Source: an uncultured Thermoplasmata archaeon
GTDB lineage: Archaea; Thermoplasmatota; Thermoplasmata; Lutacidiplasmatales; UBA184
Length of the DNA stretch: 64,000 nucleotides
Direction: 5' to 3'
Assembly: GCA_963771555.1 (NCBI GenBank)
Contig: CAVYTM010000003.1
Location: 392,465-456,464 of the forward strand
In this document: one piece after another, positions 1-14,720 of the stretch
Position numbering within the stretch: the stretch's first letter is position 1
How the letters are laid out: every line of letters starts with the position of its first letter
The notes under the pieces: generated by a model
Database searches by the model: none
What the model was told of the DNA's origin: nothing
The model's input: only the letters and a program-made list of their open reading frames with translations
Translations under genes and position numbers: made by a program

Positions 1-3519
<3,519 letters not shown>

Positions 3520-3530
3520 GTTCGTACCTC

Positions 3531-6500
3531 CTACCGCATCTCCTCGAGCTGCAGGCGCATGATCACGCCGAGGCTGATCAGCTCCTCGAGGAGGAGCTTG
3601 AACGAGTAGCTCATCTCGACCGGATAGATCGACGAGGTGTTCCCGCAGCTCGGGCAGCGCAGCGAGTTCGCGCGCGTGTCCGGGATGGCGATGTGCCCGC
3701 ACTCCGGGTTCCCGCAGACGTACTGGATCGTCCCGTCCGATTCGTCGAGCAGACGGTCCTTGATGACCATCGCGACGCCGTGGCCGATGAGACAGTCGCG
3801 CTCCATCTCTCCGAACCGTAGACCGCCCTGGCGCGAGCGACCCTCGGTCGGTTGGCGCGTCAGGATCTGGACCGGCCCGCGCGAGCGCATGTGCATCTTG
3901 CCCGCGACCATGTGGTGGAGCTTCTGGTAGTAGATCACGCCGATGAAGATCTCCGCCTCGAACCGGCGGCCGGTGAGACCGTCGTAGAGCGTCTCCCGTC
4001 CGGACGGGTGCAGCCCGAGGGCCTGCAGCCCCTCGCGCAGGGCCTCTTCGCGGGCTCCCGAGAACGCTGTGCCGTCGATCGTGCGGCCCTCGAGCGAGCC
4101 GACCTTGCCGCCCAGCATCTCAAGGACGTGGGCGACCGTCATCCGGGAGGGGATGGCGTGCGGATTGATCAGCAGGTCCGGCGTGATCCCGTCGCGGGTG
4201 AACGGAAGGTTCTCCTGGGGCACGATGAGGCCGATGACGCCCTTCTGTCCGTGGCGGCTCGCGAACTTGTCGCCGAGCTCGGGGACCCGCTGGTTGCGGA
4301 CCTTGACCTTGACGAGCTTCGAGATGTTCTCCCCCTCGGTCAAGATCACGTTGTCGACCCAGCCGGATTCGCCGAAACGAACGGTGACGCTCGTCTCGCG
4401 CCGCTTCTGGGGTGTGAGCAGGTCGGTCTTCTCCTCGAGGAACCTCGGCGGGCTGGTCTTGCCGACCAGCACGTCGCCTTCGGTCACCTCGAGCTCGGGG
4501 AAGATGAGACCATCCTCGCCCAGGTTCCGGTACGCGGTATCGACTCGAGCGCCCGCGACGTCCGGCCGCGGGATCTCGAAGCGGTCCTCTTGACCGCCCG
4601 GGTACTTGCGCTCCTCTCCACGGTACGTACGGAAGAACGAAGAGCGGCCGAGGCCGCGGTCGATGGCACCCTTCGAGAAGACGAGGGCGTCCTGCATGTT
4701 GTATCCCTCATACGAGAGCACCGCGACCACGAAGTTCTGGCCCGCGGGGCGCTCGGTGAAGTGGACGTAGCGCATCGTCTGCGTCCGAAGGAGCGGCGCC
4801 TGCGGGTAGTGGAGGAGGTGGCCGCGGGTGTCGGGCCGCCGGCGGTAGTTCACCGACTCGACGCCGAGCGCCTGCTTCGCCATCCCCGAGCCCATCGTGT
4901 TGCGCGGAGCGCTGTTGTGCTCGGGATACGGGATGAGCCCCGTGCACACGCCGAGCATCAGGTTCGGGTCGATCTCGCAGTGCGTGTGCCGCTCGGTGAG
5001 GAGGTTCGCGGTGGGAAACGTGCCGTGGCAGAACCCACACTCGACGGTCGCCTGCTCGCCCTTATCGCCCATCGACGTCCAGCGGATGTCGGAGCGGCTG
5101 AGCGCTTTCTGGCACTTCGGACAGCGGTCGGGAGGAACGTAGGCATCGACCGCGATGAGCGCGTCCTCTTCCTCTTCCGCGTCCGCCCACTCGATCTTTC
5201 CCTGGCGGACGAGGTCGCTGAAGGAGAGCGTGCCACGGGCGAGCTCGTCGAGGTCCGAACGCGACACGCGCGGGACCCCGTTCTTGACGACGACGAGCGG
5301 GCGGCGCAGGCGGCCCGAGTCGCAGTGCACGATGACCTCGTTCATCTCGTCATCGTAGCGGACGTTGATCTCGTAGGTCTTGTCGCCGAGCGTCGGGGAG
5401 AGCGTGCCGGTGCGCCGGCGCTCGCGGATCTCCTTCACGAGCTCGAGGGGCTGGGAGTGGAGACCGACCAGGTTCCCGTTCACATAGACACGCGCCGCGC
5501 GCCTTCCGCGCGGAGCGGCCGATTCCTGGAACACCTCGGGACCGATCTCGCGTGTGTTGAGGTCGCGGAGGATGAGGGTGACCTCCTCCTCGTCCGCCCC
5601 TTCGCTGACGTCCACGCAAAGAGCGTAATTCTTGACGAGACCGCAGTTCTGGCCCTCGGGCGTCTCGTTGGGACAGAGACGGCCCCACTGGGTGGGGTGC
5701 AGGTCGCGCGCCTCGAAGTGCGGCTGGCTGCGCGTGAGGGGGCTCGTGACGCGGCGTAGGTGGCTGATGGTCGACATGTGGCTCGTGCGGTCGAGCACTT
5801 GGCTCACACCCGCGCGCCCGCCGACCCAGTTACCGGTCGCGAGGGCGTGGACGAGGCGCTGGGTGAGAAGGTCCGGCCGGATCGCGCTCGCGATCCGGAG
5901 ATCCTTCTTGCGCGCGAACGACCGTTCGAGCTGGTACTTGAGGTCCTTGAGGAGGAGCGAGAACGCGACCCGGAAAAGGTCCTCCATGAGGTCCCCCGCG
6001 AGCTTGAGCCGCTTGTTCGCGTAATGGTCCTTGTCGTCCTCGCCGCGGACCTTGAGGTTGAGTTCGAGGACCGTCCTCGCCATGCGCGCGAGATAGAGCG
6101 CCTTCTTCAGACGGTCCGCCTTCGCGTCGCCGAGGTGCGGCAGGAGCGAGCGGTCGAGGATCCCGTCGACCTTGCGCTGACGGTACTCCTTCGCCTGGCC
6201 GGTCGCGAACTTCTTCTCGAGGAAGATGAGCGCGTCCTCGGTCGAGAGAACGCCCTCGGGAGGGTAGAGCTTCTTCGAGACGCATTCTTCGAGGTTGACG
6301 TTCAGGAGGTGCTTCATCGTCTGGACGAACGGTTCGTCCAGCGGGAGAAGCTCTCCGAGGACAGCCTGGAAGATCTCCTCGTCGTTCTTCATCCCGAGGG
6401 CCTTCATCAGGATCACAAGCGGGATCTGTCCGCTCGCGGTGGGGACCGAGACCTGGAGGATCCCGTCCTTCTTCCTCTCGACCACCGTGAGCGAGCGGTA

Positions 6501-7202
6501 TCCGCCGCGCTGGCTGAACACCTTCGCGCTCTCGATCGGTGTGCCGTAGCGTTCGTTGTACTCGGCGAAGATCCGGTTGGGTGCGAGGTCCTCGAGGGAG
6601 ATGATGACGCGTTCCGTGCCGCCGATGATGGCGTACCCTCCGGGGTCGAGCGGGTCCTCGCCGTACTCGACGAGCTTCGCCCGATACTCGTCGTCCGAGA
6701 GCCAGATCTGGTCGTCCTCGGAGATCTTGTACCGGTTCAGGTTGCACGGGCGGCTCTTGACCATGATGGGAAGGTCGCCGATGTGGACGTCCTCGGGCGC
6801 GCGCTCGACGCCGTTCTCGACCACGGTGACCTTGAGGAAGATCGGTGCTTGGTAGGTGAGGTTCCGGAGCCTCGCCTCCATCGGCGTCAGGGTAGGCTTC
6901 GAGCCGACCGGCTCCTTCACGAACGGGGCGCCGATGAAGATGGTCGGTTCGGCCGAGGGGTTGACGTTCCCTCGCGCGTCGCGTCGGCGGCCGACGCGCA
7001 CGTAGATCGAGCTCTTCGTCTTCTGGACATCGAGGCGGATGACGCCCCGCTCGGTCGAGTCCTCGCTGACGCGCGCGTCGTCGACGATGCGCTGCATCCT
7101 CGAGTTCGGATTGTCCTTGGTCGGCAGGAAGTCGTTGAAGCTCGCCAGGTGGTGGTTGACGATTGAGCGTTCCCGGAAGAAGGCGTCCACGATTTCTCGC
7201 AT
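3531..7202 (-). CDS. rpoB: DNA-directed RNA polymerase subunit B (unsplit B''+B')
   Basis: 1223-aa ORF with [27 protein letters not shown] and a C-terminal zinc ribbon CGNPECGH...CPSCG. A single polypeptide spans the point where many euryarchaea split B''/B'. Confidence 0.95.
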   Translation of the reverse strand: MREIVDAFFRERSIVNHHLASFNDFLPTKDNPNSRMQRIVDDARVSEDSTERGVIRLDVQKTKSSIYVRVGRRRDARGNVNPSAEPTIFIGAPFVKEPVGSKPTLTPMEARLRNLTYQAPIFLKVTVVENGVERAPEDVHIGDLPIMVKSRPCNLNRYKISEDDQIWLSDDEYRAKLVEYGEDPLDPGGYAIIGGTERVIISLEDLAPNRIFAEYNERYGTPIESAKVFSQRGGYRSLTVVERKKDGILQVSVPTASGQIPLVILMKALGMKNDEEIFQAVLGELLPLDEPFVQTMKHLLNVNLEECVSKKLYPPEGVLSTEDALIFLEKKFATGQAKEYRQRKVDGILDRSLLPHLGDAKADRLKKALYLARMARTVLELNLKVRGEDDKDHYANKRLKLAGDLMEDLFRVAFSLLLKDLKYQLERSFARKKDLRIASAIRPDLLTQRLVHALATGNWVGGRAGVSQVLDRTSHMSTISHLRRVTSPLTRSQPHFEARDLHPTQWGRLCPNETPEGQNCGLVKNYALCVDVSEGADEEEVTLILRDLNTREIGPEVFQESAAPRGRRAARVYVNGNLVGLHSQPLELVKEIRERRRTGTLSPTLGDKTYEINVRYDDEMNEVIVHCDSGRLRRPLVVVKNGVPRVSRSDLDELARGTLSFSDLVRQGKIEWADAEEEEDALIAVDAYVPPDRCPKCQKALSRSDIRWTSMGDKGEQATVECGFCHGTFPTANLLTERHTHCEIDPNLMLGVCTGLIPYPEHNSAPRNTMGSGMAKQALGVESVNYRRRPDTRGHLLHYPQAPLLRTQTMRYVHFTERPAGQNFVVAVLSYEGYNMQDALVFSKGAIDRGLGRSSFFRTYRGEERKYPGGQEDRFEIPRPDVAGARVDTAYRNLGEDGLIFPELEVTEGDVLVGKTSPPRFLEEKTDLLTPQKRRETSVTVRFGESGWVDNVILTEGENISKLVKVKVRNQRVPELGDKFASRHGQKGVIGLIVPQENLPFTRDGITPDLLINPHAIPSRMTVAHVLEMLGGKVGSLEGRTIDGTAFSGAREEALREGLQALGLHPSGRETLYDGLTGRRFEAEIFIGVIYYQKLHHMVAGKMHMRSRGPVQILTRQPTEGRSRQGGLRFGEMERDCLIGHGVAMVIKDRLLDESDGTIQYVCGNPECGHIAIPDTRANSLRCPSCGNTSSIYPVEMSYSFKLLLEELISLGVIMRLQLEEMR

Positions 7203-7211
7203 GGATTGGAA

Positions 7212-7550
7212 CTAATCCCCTCCGACGGACGGAACGATGAGCCGGTAGGCGATCGCGAGGCCCGCGGTGGCGCTGGGACGGCGCACGCGAACGAGTCGCC
7301 CCACGAGGTTCTCGCCGCGTTCCTTCAGGGCCTCGTACTTGGGGTCGGTCCGAAGGCCGGCGTCCCCGAGCAGGATTTTCGGCAGTCGCTCGGGGGAAGC
7401 GCCGAGCTGTTCCAGGACCTTCTTCGACTCCTCTTCGGTGAGGATCTCGTGCGGCGGAGCGAGGTGGTGGGCGACGAACGGTCGGGGCGGTATGACCGGA
7501 GCGTCCTTCTTCGGGCGTGCGCGCGAGCGACGAGCGGTGCTGGGGGTCAT
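7212..7550 (-). CDS. rpoH: DNA-directed RNA polymerase subunit H
   Basis: C-terminal ~75 aa (HEILTEEESKKVLEQLGASPERLPKILLGDAGLR...GRLVRVRRPSATAGLAIAYRLIV) is the RpoH/Rpb5 fold. Start placed at ATG 7550, the first start that does not overlap the tRNA. GGAGG lies 9 nt upstream. Confidence 0.85.
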   Translation of the reverse strand: MTPSTARRSRARPKKDAPVIPPRPFVAHHLAPPHEILTEEESKKVLEQLGASPERLPKILLGDAGLRTDPKYEALKERGENLVGRLVRVRRPSATAGLAIAYRLIVPSVGGD

Positions 7551-7574
7551 GCGGTGGTCCTCCGAGGAACGTGA

Positions 7575-7717
7575 CGGGCCCGGGGGGACGTCCGGAGCAA
7601 CCTCGCGATTGGCGCGAGGAGGCTCGTTCGAACCCCCGACCACCTGGTTAAAAGCCAGATGCTCTTTGTAGGGTCGCCCGGTGAGCCGAACGACCAACCT
7701 AACTGAGCTACGGGCCC
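7575..7717 (-). tRNA. tRNA-Lys (anticodon UUU) interrupted by two introns (D-loop ~31 nt, T-loop ~38 nt)
   Basis: Reverse complement reads GGGCCCG TA GCTC AGTTAGGT[TGGTCG..CGACCCTACAA]A GAGC A TCTGG CTTTTAA CCAGG TGGTC GGGGG TTCGAAC[GAGCCTCCTCGCGCCAATCGCGAGGTTGCTCCGGACGT]CCCCC CGGGCCC G. Removing the bracketed inserts gives a canonical 74-nt cloverleaf. No encoded CCA. Confidence 0.8.
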
Positions 7718-7750
7718 GATTCCGCTCCGAGGGAGTGGGACCCGGGCGGC

Positions 7751-7758
7751 GTATTTTA
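7751..7758 (-). promoter_or_regulatory. TATA box (TAAAATAC on minus strand) upstream of tRNA-Lys
   Basis: AT-rich octamer in GC-rich DNA, 34-41 nt upstream of the tRNA 5' end. It lies just after the UPF0147 stop. Confidence 0.45.
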
Positions 7759-7776
7759 CACTATCCCTGACGGGAA

Positions 7777-8100
7777 TCACTGTAGGCTCTCCAGGCTCGA
7801 GATGATCGACCAGATCGCGGTGCGTCCGTGCGTCGGAAGGTTCGGGTCGTTCGCGAGGTCGTCGAGGACGTAGACCGCACTCGCGATCCGCACATCGAGC
7901 GCGGAGCGAGGCTTCGAGAGCGCATCCTTGGCAGCCTGCGCTCCCCGGCGGACGTTCCTCGGGACCAACCCGTCGTCCGCGAGCTGCGTGAGCGCCTCGA
8001 CGATCCGCTGGAGGCCGGCGGCGTCGGGGTCCGACCGCGGAACGATCGGCGGAACGGCGCCCGAGGCGGGGGTCGAAGGGGCGGCACTGGGTCCCGTCAT
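7777..8100 (-). CDS. UPF0147 family small archaeal protein
   Basis: 107-aa ORF. VPRNVRRGAQAAKDAL...VYVLDDLANDPNLPTHGRTAIWSIISSLESL resembles the conserved UPF0147 pattern. Overlaps the upstream gene by 4 nt. Confidence 0.65.
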   Translation of the reverse strand: MTGPSAAPSTPASGAVPPIVPRSDPDAAGLQRIVEALTQLADDGLVPRNVRRGAQAAKDALSKPRSALDVRIASAVYVLDDLANDPNLPTHGRTAIWSIISSLESLQ

Positions 8101-8438
8101 GTACGGTGCGTCTCCCCGCCTTCCTTGTAGGCGGTGACGACAAGCAGCGTTTTCGACTCCCGGATCCCGCGGACCGCGGGAAGCCGGTGAAGGACGAACT
8201 CCTTCAGCTCCTCGTAGTGCGGAAAGCGGACCTTGAGGTAGATGTCCGTGTCCCCGGTCACGAGGAAATCGTCCTCGACCTCGGTGAACTTCGCGATCTC
8301 GCTCGCGACGTTGTCCGCCTCGGCCGTCTCGACCTTGAGGGCGATCAGGGCGACCACGCTCTCGTCCCCCCAGACCTTCGTGAACGCGCTTTCGATGGCT
8401 CGACTGACCGGCGGCTTGGCCGCAGTAGGTTTCTCCAC
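8097..8438 (-). CDS. Lrp/AsnC-type ligand-binding (RAM) domain protein
   Basis: 113-aa ORF with GTG start and GGAGGG 8 nt upstream. VVALIALKVE...VASEIAKFTEVEDDFLVTGDTDIYLKVRF...EELKEFVLHRLPAVRGI is typical of stand-alone AsnC C-terminal domains. Confidence 0.6.
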   Translation of the reverse strand: MEKPTAAKPPVSRAIESAFTKVWGDESVVALIALKVETAEADNVASEIAKFTEVEDDFLVTGDTDIYLKVRFPHYEELKEFVLHRLPAVRGIRESKTLLVVTAYKEGGETHRT

Positions 8439-8500
8439 GGTAATCCCTCCGAACGCGTCGTCTCCTACGTGAAAAGCGAATGCCCGGTCCCCGAACCGCG

Positions 8501-8674
8501 CTACGCCGCCGGGGCGGACTCGAACTCCTCTTGGAGGTCGTTGATGACCTGATCGATCACAGCACTGGCCGTCGCTCCGCGATACTCGCGGAGGCCCCCC
8601 GCTTCGCTCGACACACGGGCGATGACGTCGGCCGAGCCCCGAAGGAACTCAACACTGCAGATGAACTCCTCCAT
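8501..8674 (-). CDS. hypothetical small protein (57 aa)
   Basis: ATG-initiated part of ORF 8501..8803 (MEEFICSVEFLRGSADVIARV...VINDLQEEFESAPAA). GC3-rich codons and a non-repetitive composition. TATATA element ~45 nt upstream. No recognisable family. Confidence 0.3.
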   Translation of the reverse strand: MEEFICSVEFLRGSADVIARVSSEAGGLREYRGATASAVIDQVINDLQEEFESAPAA

Positions 8675-8717
8675 GACGACCGGCCCCCCACCGAGCCGGC
8701 CGGCCGAAAAAGCCCCT

Positions 8718-8725
8718 CTATATAG
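8718..8725. promoter_or_regulatory. palindromic TATA element (CTATATAG) between the small minus-strand ORF and purS
   Basis: The only AT-rich element in the 8675..8860 spacer. It could serve either divergent unit. Confidence 0.35.
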
Positions 8726-8864
8726 GCTTTTGGAAACCCCGGGAAGGTCGGACGCGCCGTCGCTTGGTCGGGCGCCCTCTGCGAGGCCGAGCCACGGGCG
8801 CATTTGTTATCTCTCCGGCACGGTACGAGCGCTCCGGGAGGACGAGTACACGACCGCGCCCCGG

Positions 8865-9110
8865 GTCCAGATCGAGGTACGGGTCGAACTCAAGCCGGGC
8901 GTCATGGACGCCGAGGCCGAGAGCATCGAGAAGTCGCTCGCGCTCCTTGGGATCCCCTCCGTTCGTCACGTGACGACCGCCCGCATCTACGACCTCGAAT
9001 TCACGGAGGTCTCCGAAGCGGAAGCGCGACGGCTGGCGGACCAAGCGGTCGAACGCCTTCTCGCGAACCCCGTGATCCATCGAGTGTCGGTGCGTCCGCG
9101 CTCGACCTAG
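8865..9110 (+). CDS. purS: phosphoribosylformylglycinamidine synthase subunit PurS (start codon unresolved)
   Basis: Frame of ORF 8622..9110. VQIEVRVELKPGVMDAEAESIEKSLALLGIP...LLANPVIHRVSV aligns with full-length PurS. No ATG/GTG/TTG occurs in frame near the expected N-terminus. The stop lies 5 nt before purL. Confidence 0.7.
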   Translation, partial: VQIEVRVELKPGVMDAEAESIEKSLALLGIPSVRHVTTARIYDLEFTEVSEAEARRLADQAVERLLANPVIHRVSVRPRST

Positions 9111-9114
9111 TCGC

Positions 9115-11417
9115 ATGTCCGGCTGGTCGGGCGAGGTCACGTCCGTCCCGATACGACGCGCGTCCCGCGTCGCGCTCGAACGTGTTTCGGACGAGCGGGG
9201 ACTCGGGCTCGACCGGCGCGAGCTCCTCCGTCTCCAAGCCTACTTCCGGTCGGAGGGCCGCGAACCGACCGACCTCGAGCTCGCCGGGGTCGCTCAGAGC
9301 TGGAGCGAGCACTGCAGCTACAAGAGCTCGCGACCGTTCCTGAAGCGAGCGTTCTCGAGCCTGCATCCTCCCCGGGTACTCGGCACCGGGGACGCCGGTG
9401 TCCTTCGCTTCGAGGACGGGTATGCCTACGCGATCCGAATCGAATCCCACAATCATCCGTCCGCGGTGGAACCGTACGGTGGGGCCGCGACCGGCATCGG
9501 GGGGATCCTACGGGATGTTCTCGCCGTGGGAGGGAAACCGATCGCCCTCAGTGACCCGCTCTTCTTCGGACCGCTCGACCGGGTCCGGACGACCTTCCGC
9601 CGGGAGTGAAGAGCCCGCGGTATCTCGCGGAGGGCGTCATCGCCGGTATCCGGGACTACGGAAACCGGGTGGGCGTTCCCACGGTATCGGGATGTGTCTG
9701 CTTCGACCCCGCCTACATCGTGAATCCGCTCGTGAACGTGGGATGCGTCGGCTTCCTTCCGAGAGCCCGCCTCACCCCGAACCGGGCGCGGGCGGCCGGC
9801 GACCGTCTCGTACTGGTCGGCGGACTCACCGGGCGCGACGGGATCGGTGGCGTCGCGTTCGCTTCGAAGGAGCTCACCGACCGCAGCGAGTCGGAGTCCC
9901 GCGGGGCCGTGCAGCTCGGAAACCCCATCATGAAAGAACCGCTCATCCACGCGTGCCTCGAGGCGTTCGACCGCGGGCTCGTCCGTGGTCAGAAGGATCT
10001 CGGGGGCGGCGGTCTCGCGAGTGCCTCCGGCGAGCTGGTCCACGCGGGGGGGTTCGGCTCGCGCATCGAGCTCACCCTCGTTCCCCTTCGCGAAGAAGGG
10101 CTCCGGCCGTGGGAAGTGTGGATCTCCGAGTCCCAGGAGCGCATGCTCCTCGACGTGGCACGGAAGGACCTGCCCGAACTTCTCGCGATCTTCCGACGGT
10201 ACGACGTACCGGCCACGGACATCGGCGAGGTGGTGCCGGGCCCGTACGAGACCTTGCTCTGGAACGGCGACATCGCCGGTCAACTCAACGTCGGCTTCCG
10301 GGTCGACCCACCTTCGCTCCATCGACCGACGCGCGCGCGGCGGCGTCGCTCCGCACGATCCCCGGACCTCGCCTCCGAGGACCCGGCCCAGGTGCTCCTG
10401 GACCTCCTCCTCTCTCCGGACTCCTTCTCGCGCGAATCGGTCCTTCGTGTCTACGACCATGAAGTTCAGGGCCGGACGGTCGTGAAGCCATTGCACGGCC
10501 GAGTCACCTCTCCCTCGCACGGCGACGCGGCGGTACTGCAACCCCGACCGTCAAGCCGGCGCGGCCTCGCCGTCGCGACCGCGACTCAGCCGTGGGCCTG
10601 TTCCGAGGACCCGGAGAACGGCGCGCTCCTCGTGGTCGAAGAGGCGGCGCGCAACCTCTATGCGGTCGGCGCGCGGCCGGATGCGTTCACGAACTGTCTC
10701 AACTTCGGGAACCCGGAGGACCCGCATGTCCTCGCCGACTTCGCCGCGGTCACGCGGGGTCTGGCCCGCGGAGCTCACGCCCTCGGGTTCGCGGTTCCCT
10801 CCGGCAACGTGAGTTTCTACAACGGCGGCCTCGGTGCGGAGATTCCTCCGACGCCGGTGCTCCTCGCGACGGGGATCGTCGAGGACGTCGACCGCGCCGT
10901 GACGAGCGACCTCAAGGAGGAAGGCAACGCACTCTACCTGGTCGGCCGATCCGCGCCGGAGCTCGGGGGCTCACTCTGGGCCCGGCGGCACGGAAGGTCG
11001 GGTCTCGCCGTCCCGCGGCCGAACCCCTCGGGCCTGCGGCGGCTCGGCGAGAGGCTGCTCTCGGCGGAGCGCCGCGGGCTCGTGCGCGCCGCGCACGACG
11101 TCTCGGACGGAGGGCTGGCCGTGACCCTCGCGGAGATGGCGTTCGGCGGCGGGCTCGGCTTCACGATCGACCTCGACGCCACGAAGCTCGGCTCGCCCTC
11201 CCTGGCCCTCGCGGCCGAGGGAGGAAGCCGGTTCGTGGTGGAGGTCCCTCCGGACGAGCGCGGCCAGTTCGAACGCACGATGGGCCCCCGATCGGGCGCG
11301 CGGCTGGGTTCGGTCGCTCCGGCCGACGCGACGCTCCGTTGGCAGGGCCAACCCGTCGCGATCCTGCCGATCCTCTCGTTCTACGAATCCTGGCGGAGCG
11401 GCCTCGCTCTTCCGTAG
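9115..11417 (+). pseudogene. purL: phosphoribosylformylglycinamidine synthase II (PurL), reading frame broken near 9579 as assembled
   Basis: ORF 9115..9609 carries the N-terminus (..SWSEHCSYKSS..IESHNHPSAVEPYGGAATGIGG..LFFGPLD). ORF 9606..11417 carries the rest ([24 protein letters not shown]...). The second frame stays PurL-like upstream to ~9579 ([16 protein letters not shown]). Total length is 3n+2. Confidence 0.85.
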
Positions 11418-11426
11418 GGGGTTGGC

Positions 11427-12134
11427 GTGACGGTCACCGCACTCGTCTCGGGCGGGAAGGATTCGATCTACTCGGCGTATCTTGCCGACACCCAGGGGTG
11501 GCCGGTCGACGAGCTCGTCACGATCGCTCCCCCGGACCCCGACGCGATGATGTTCCACACGCCCAATCTCGACGTGGTCCCGCTCCAGGCGCAGGCGTGG
11601 AGGAAGGCCCATCGTCGCGTGGAAGTGCAGGGGACCGGCGAGGGCCCCGAGCTGGCCGCCCTTCGGGAGGCGATCGCGGGCGCGCGCGGGCCGGTGGTAG
11701 CGGGCGCCATCCAGTCGTCGTACCAATGGTCCCGCCTCCTGCGCGTCGCGGACGCGGAGGGCCGCCGGGTCTACGTACCGCTCTGGAGGAAGGACCCGGC
11801 CCGCGTGGTGCGCGAAGAGATCGCGGCCGGCCTCGACATTCTCCTCGTCCATCTCGCCGCGGAACCGTTGACCCCCGACCTGCTCGGCCGTCGACTCGAC
11901 TTGGGCCTCGTCGAGGAACTCGAACGCCGCAGCCGCGAGGTCCGACCGGTGAACGTCGCCGGGGAGGGCGGCGAATTCGAAACGCTCGTGGTGGACGCGC
12001 CGTTCTTCGAGAGCCGGATCGACCTCGAGGAGGTCGAACGGACGGTCACCGGATCGACCGCTCGCCTCCGGGTCACGAAGTCCCGTCTCCTCCCCAAGAA
12101 CAACGGTCCACGGTCGCGCGGAGGACCGCCGTGA
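11427..12134 (+). CDS. diphthine-ammonia ligase / MJ0570-type PP-loop ATPase (Dph6-like)
   Basis: 235-aa ORF with GTG start. Has the N-terminal PP-loop LVSGGKDS and a C-terminal GEGGEFETLV motif. Confidence 0.7.
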   Translation: MTVTALVSGGKDSIYSAYLADTQGWPVDELVTIAPPDPDAMMFHTPNLDVVPLQAQAWRKAHRRVEVQGTGEGPELAALREAIAGARGPVVAGAIQSSYQWSRLLRVADAEGRRVYVPLWRKDPARVVREEIAAGLDILLVHLAAEPLTPDLLGRRLDLGLVEELERRSREVRPVNVAGEGGEFETLVVDAPFFESRIDLEEVERTVTGSTARLRVTKSRLLPKNNGPRSRGGPP

Positions 12135-12889
12135 CCGGGTCGGCCGCCACAGTGCCGCCCTCGGTGCGGGCGATCGTAGAAAGCGCGCGGGCGGCGCTCG
12201 GCGACCCGCGGACCGCGGTCCGTTTCGGTTGGCTTCGCCAGTTGAGCGGCGCCTCCTCCGAGCGGGTCGAGAACGTTCTCGCCGAAGTGGCCGAGTTTTT
12301 GCCGGTCGAGAAGGAGATACGGGCGCAGCATCTCGCCGAAGGTCGGCCGCACTACGCGCAGTTCCGCGCACCGCTCGAGCTCTACGCGCTCGTCCGGCTT
12401 CTCGCGCCGGAACACATCGTCGAGACCGGCGTGAGCAGCGGAGTCTCCTCCGCCCACTTCCTCCTCGGGGTCCGAAAGAACCGTCGAGGAACCTTGCATT
12501 CGATCGACCTTCCGCTCCCGCAGCGGGGACTTCGTTTCTCTCCCCGGGAATCCCCGGTGGCGCTGCCTCCCGGCCGGTCGAGCGGGTGGGCGATGCCACC
12601 CGGTCTCCGCGTCGGCTGGGACCTTCGGGTCGGAGCGAGCCAGACGATCCTGCCCCGCCTCGTGGACGAATTGCCGTCGGTCGGCATCTTCCTTCACGAT
12701 AGCCTGCACACTCCGTCCCACCTCACGTTCGAGCTCTCGACCGTCCGAGCGAAGCTCCTCCAGGGGGCGGTCGTGCTCGCCGACAACACGGTCTGGACCG
12801 GTCGGGCCTTCCCGCGATTCGCGAGCGAGGTCGGGGCGGCCGTGCGCCGGCGCGGACGGACGGACCTGGTCGGTCTCTCCATGCCGTAA
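12131..12889 (+). CDS. class I SAM-dependent methyltransferase (Methyltransf_24-like)
   Basis: 3' part of ORF 10592..12889. GTG 12131 overlaps the upstream stop (GTGA). Motif I-like HIVETGVSSGVSS and GTLHSIDLP. The upstream 500 codons of the ORF are Arg/Gly/Pro junk antisense or out of frame to purL. Confidence 0.6.
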   Translation: MTGSAATVPPSVRAIVESARAALGDPRTAVRFGWLRQLSGASSERVENVLAEVAEFLPVEKEIRAQHLAEGRPHYAQFRAPLELYALVRLLAPEHIVETGVSSGVSSAHFLLGVRKNRRGTLHSIDLPLPQRGLRFSPRESPVALPPGRSSGWAMPPGLRVGWDLRVGASQTILPRLVDELPSVGIFLHDSLHTPSHLTFELSTVRAKLLQGAVVLADNTVWTGRAFPRFASEVGAAVRRRGRTDLVGLSMP

Positions 12890-12958
12890 CCCCGGCGGGC
12901 AGGTCGGACCCGCCCGCGGCCCCCGGAGTTATAGTTCCCATCGGCCTCGCGAACTTCG

Positions 12959-14674
<1,716 letters not shown>

Positions 14675-14720
14675 CGGTCGGGAGAGCGTTAAGCGCTGCG
14701 TCGGCTCCTGGGGAGGGTCC

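Noticed and set aside
9606-9609. A natural two-subunit PurL that restarts at GTG 9606, overlapping the TGA.
   Set aside because: The break falls inside a conserved domain, and the downstream frame is PurL-like for ~27 nt before the GTG. An indel explains the data better than a designed split.
10592-12130. The first ~510 codons of the 765-aa ORF 10592..12889.
   Set aside because: This part is out of frame with purL and dph6 and reads as Arg/Gly/Pro repeats. Only the last 252 codons, from GTG 12131, look like a real methyltransferase.
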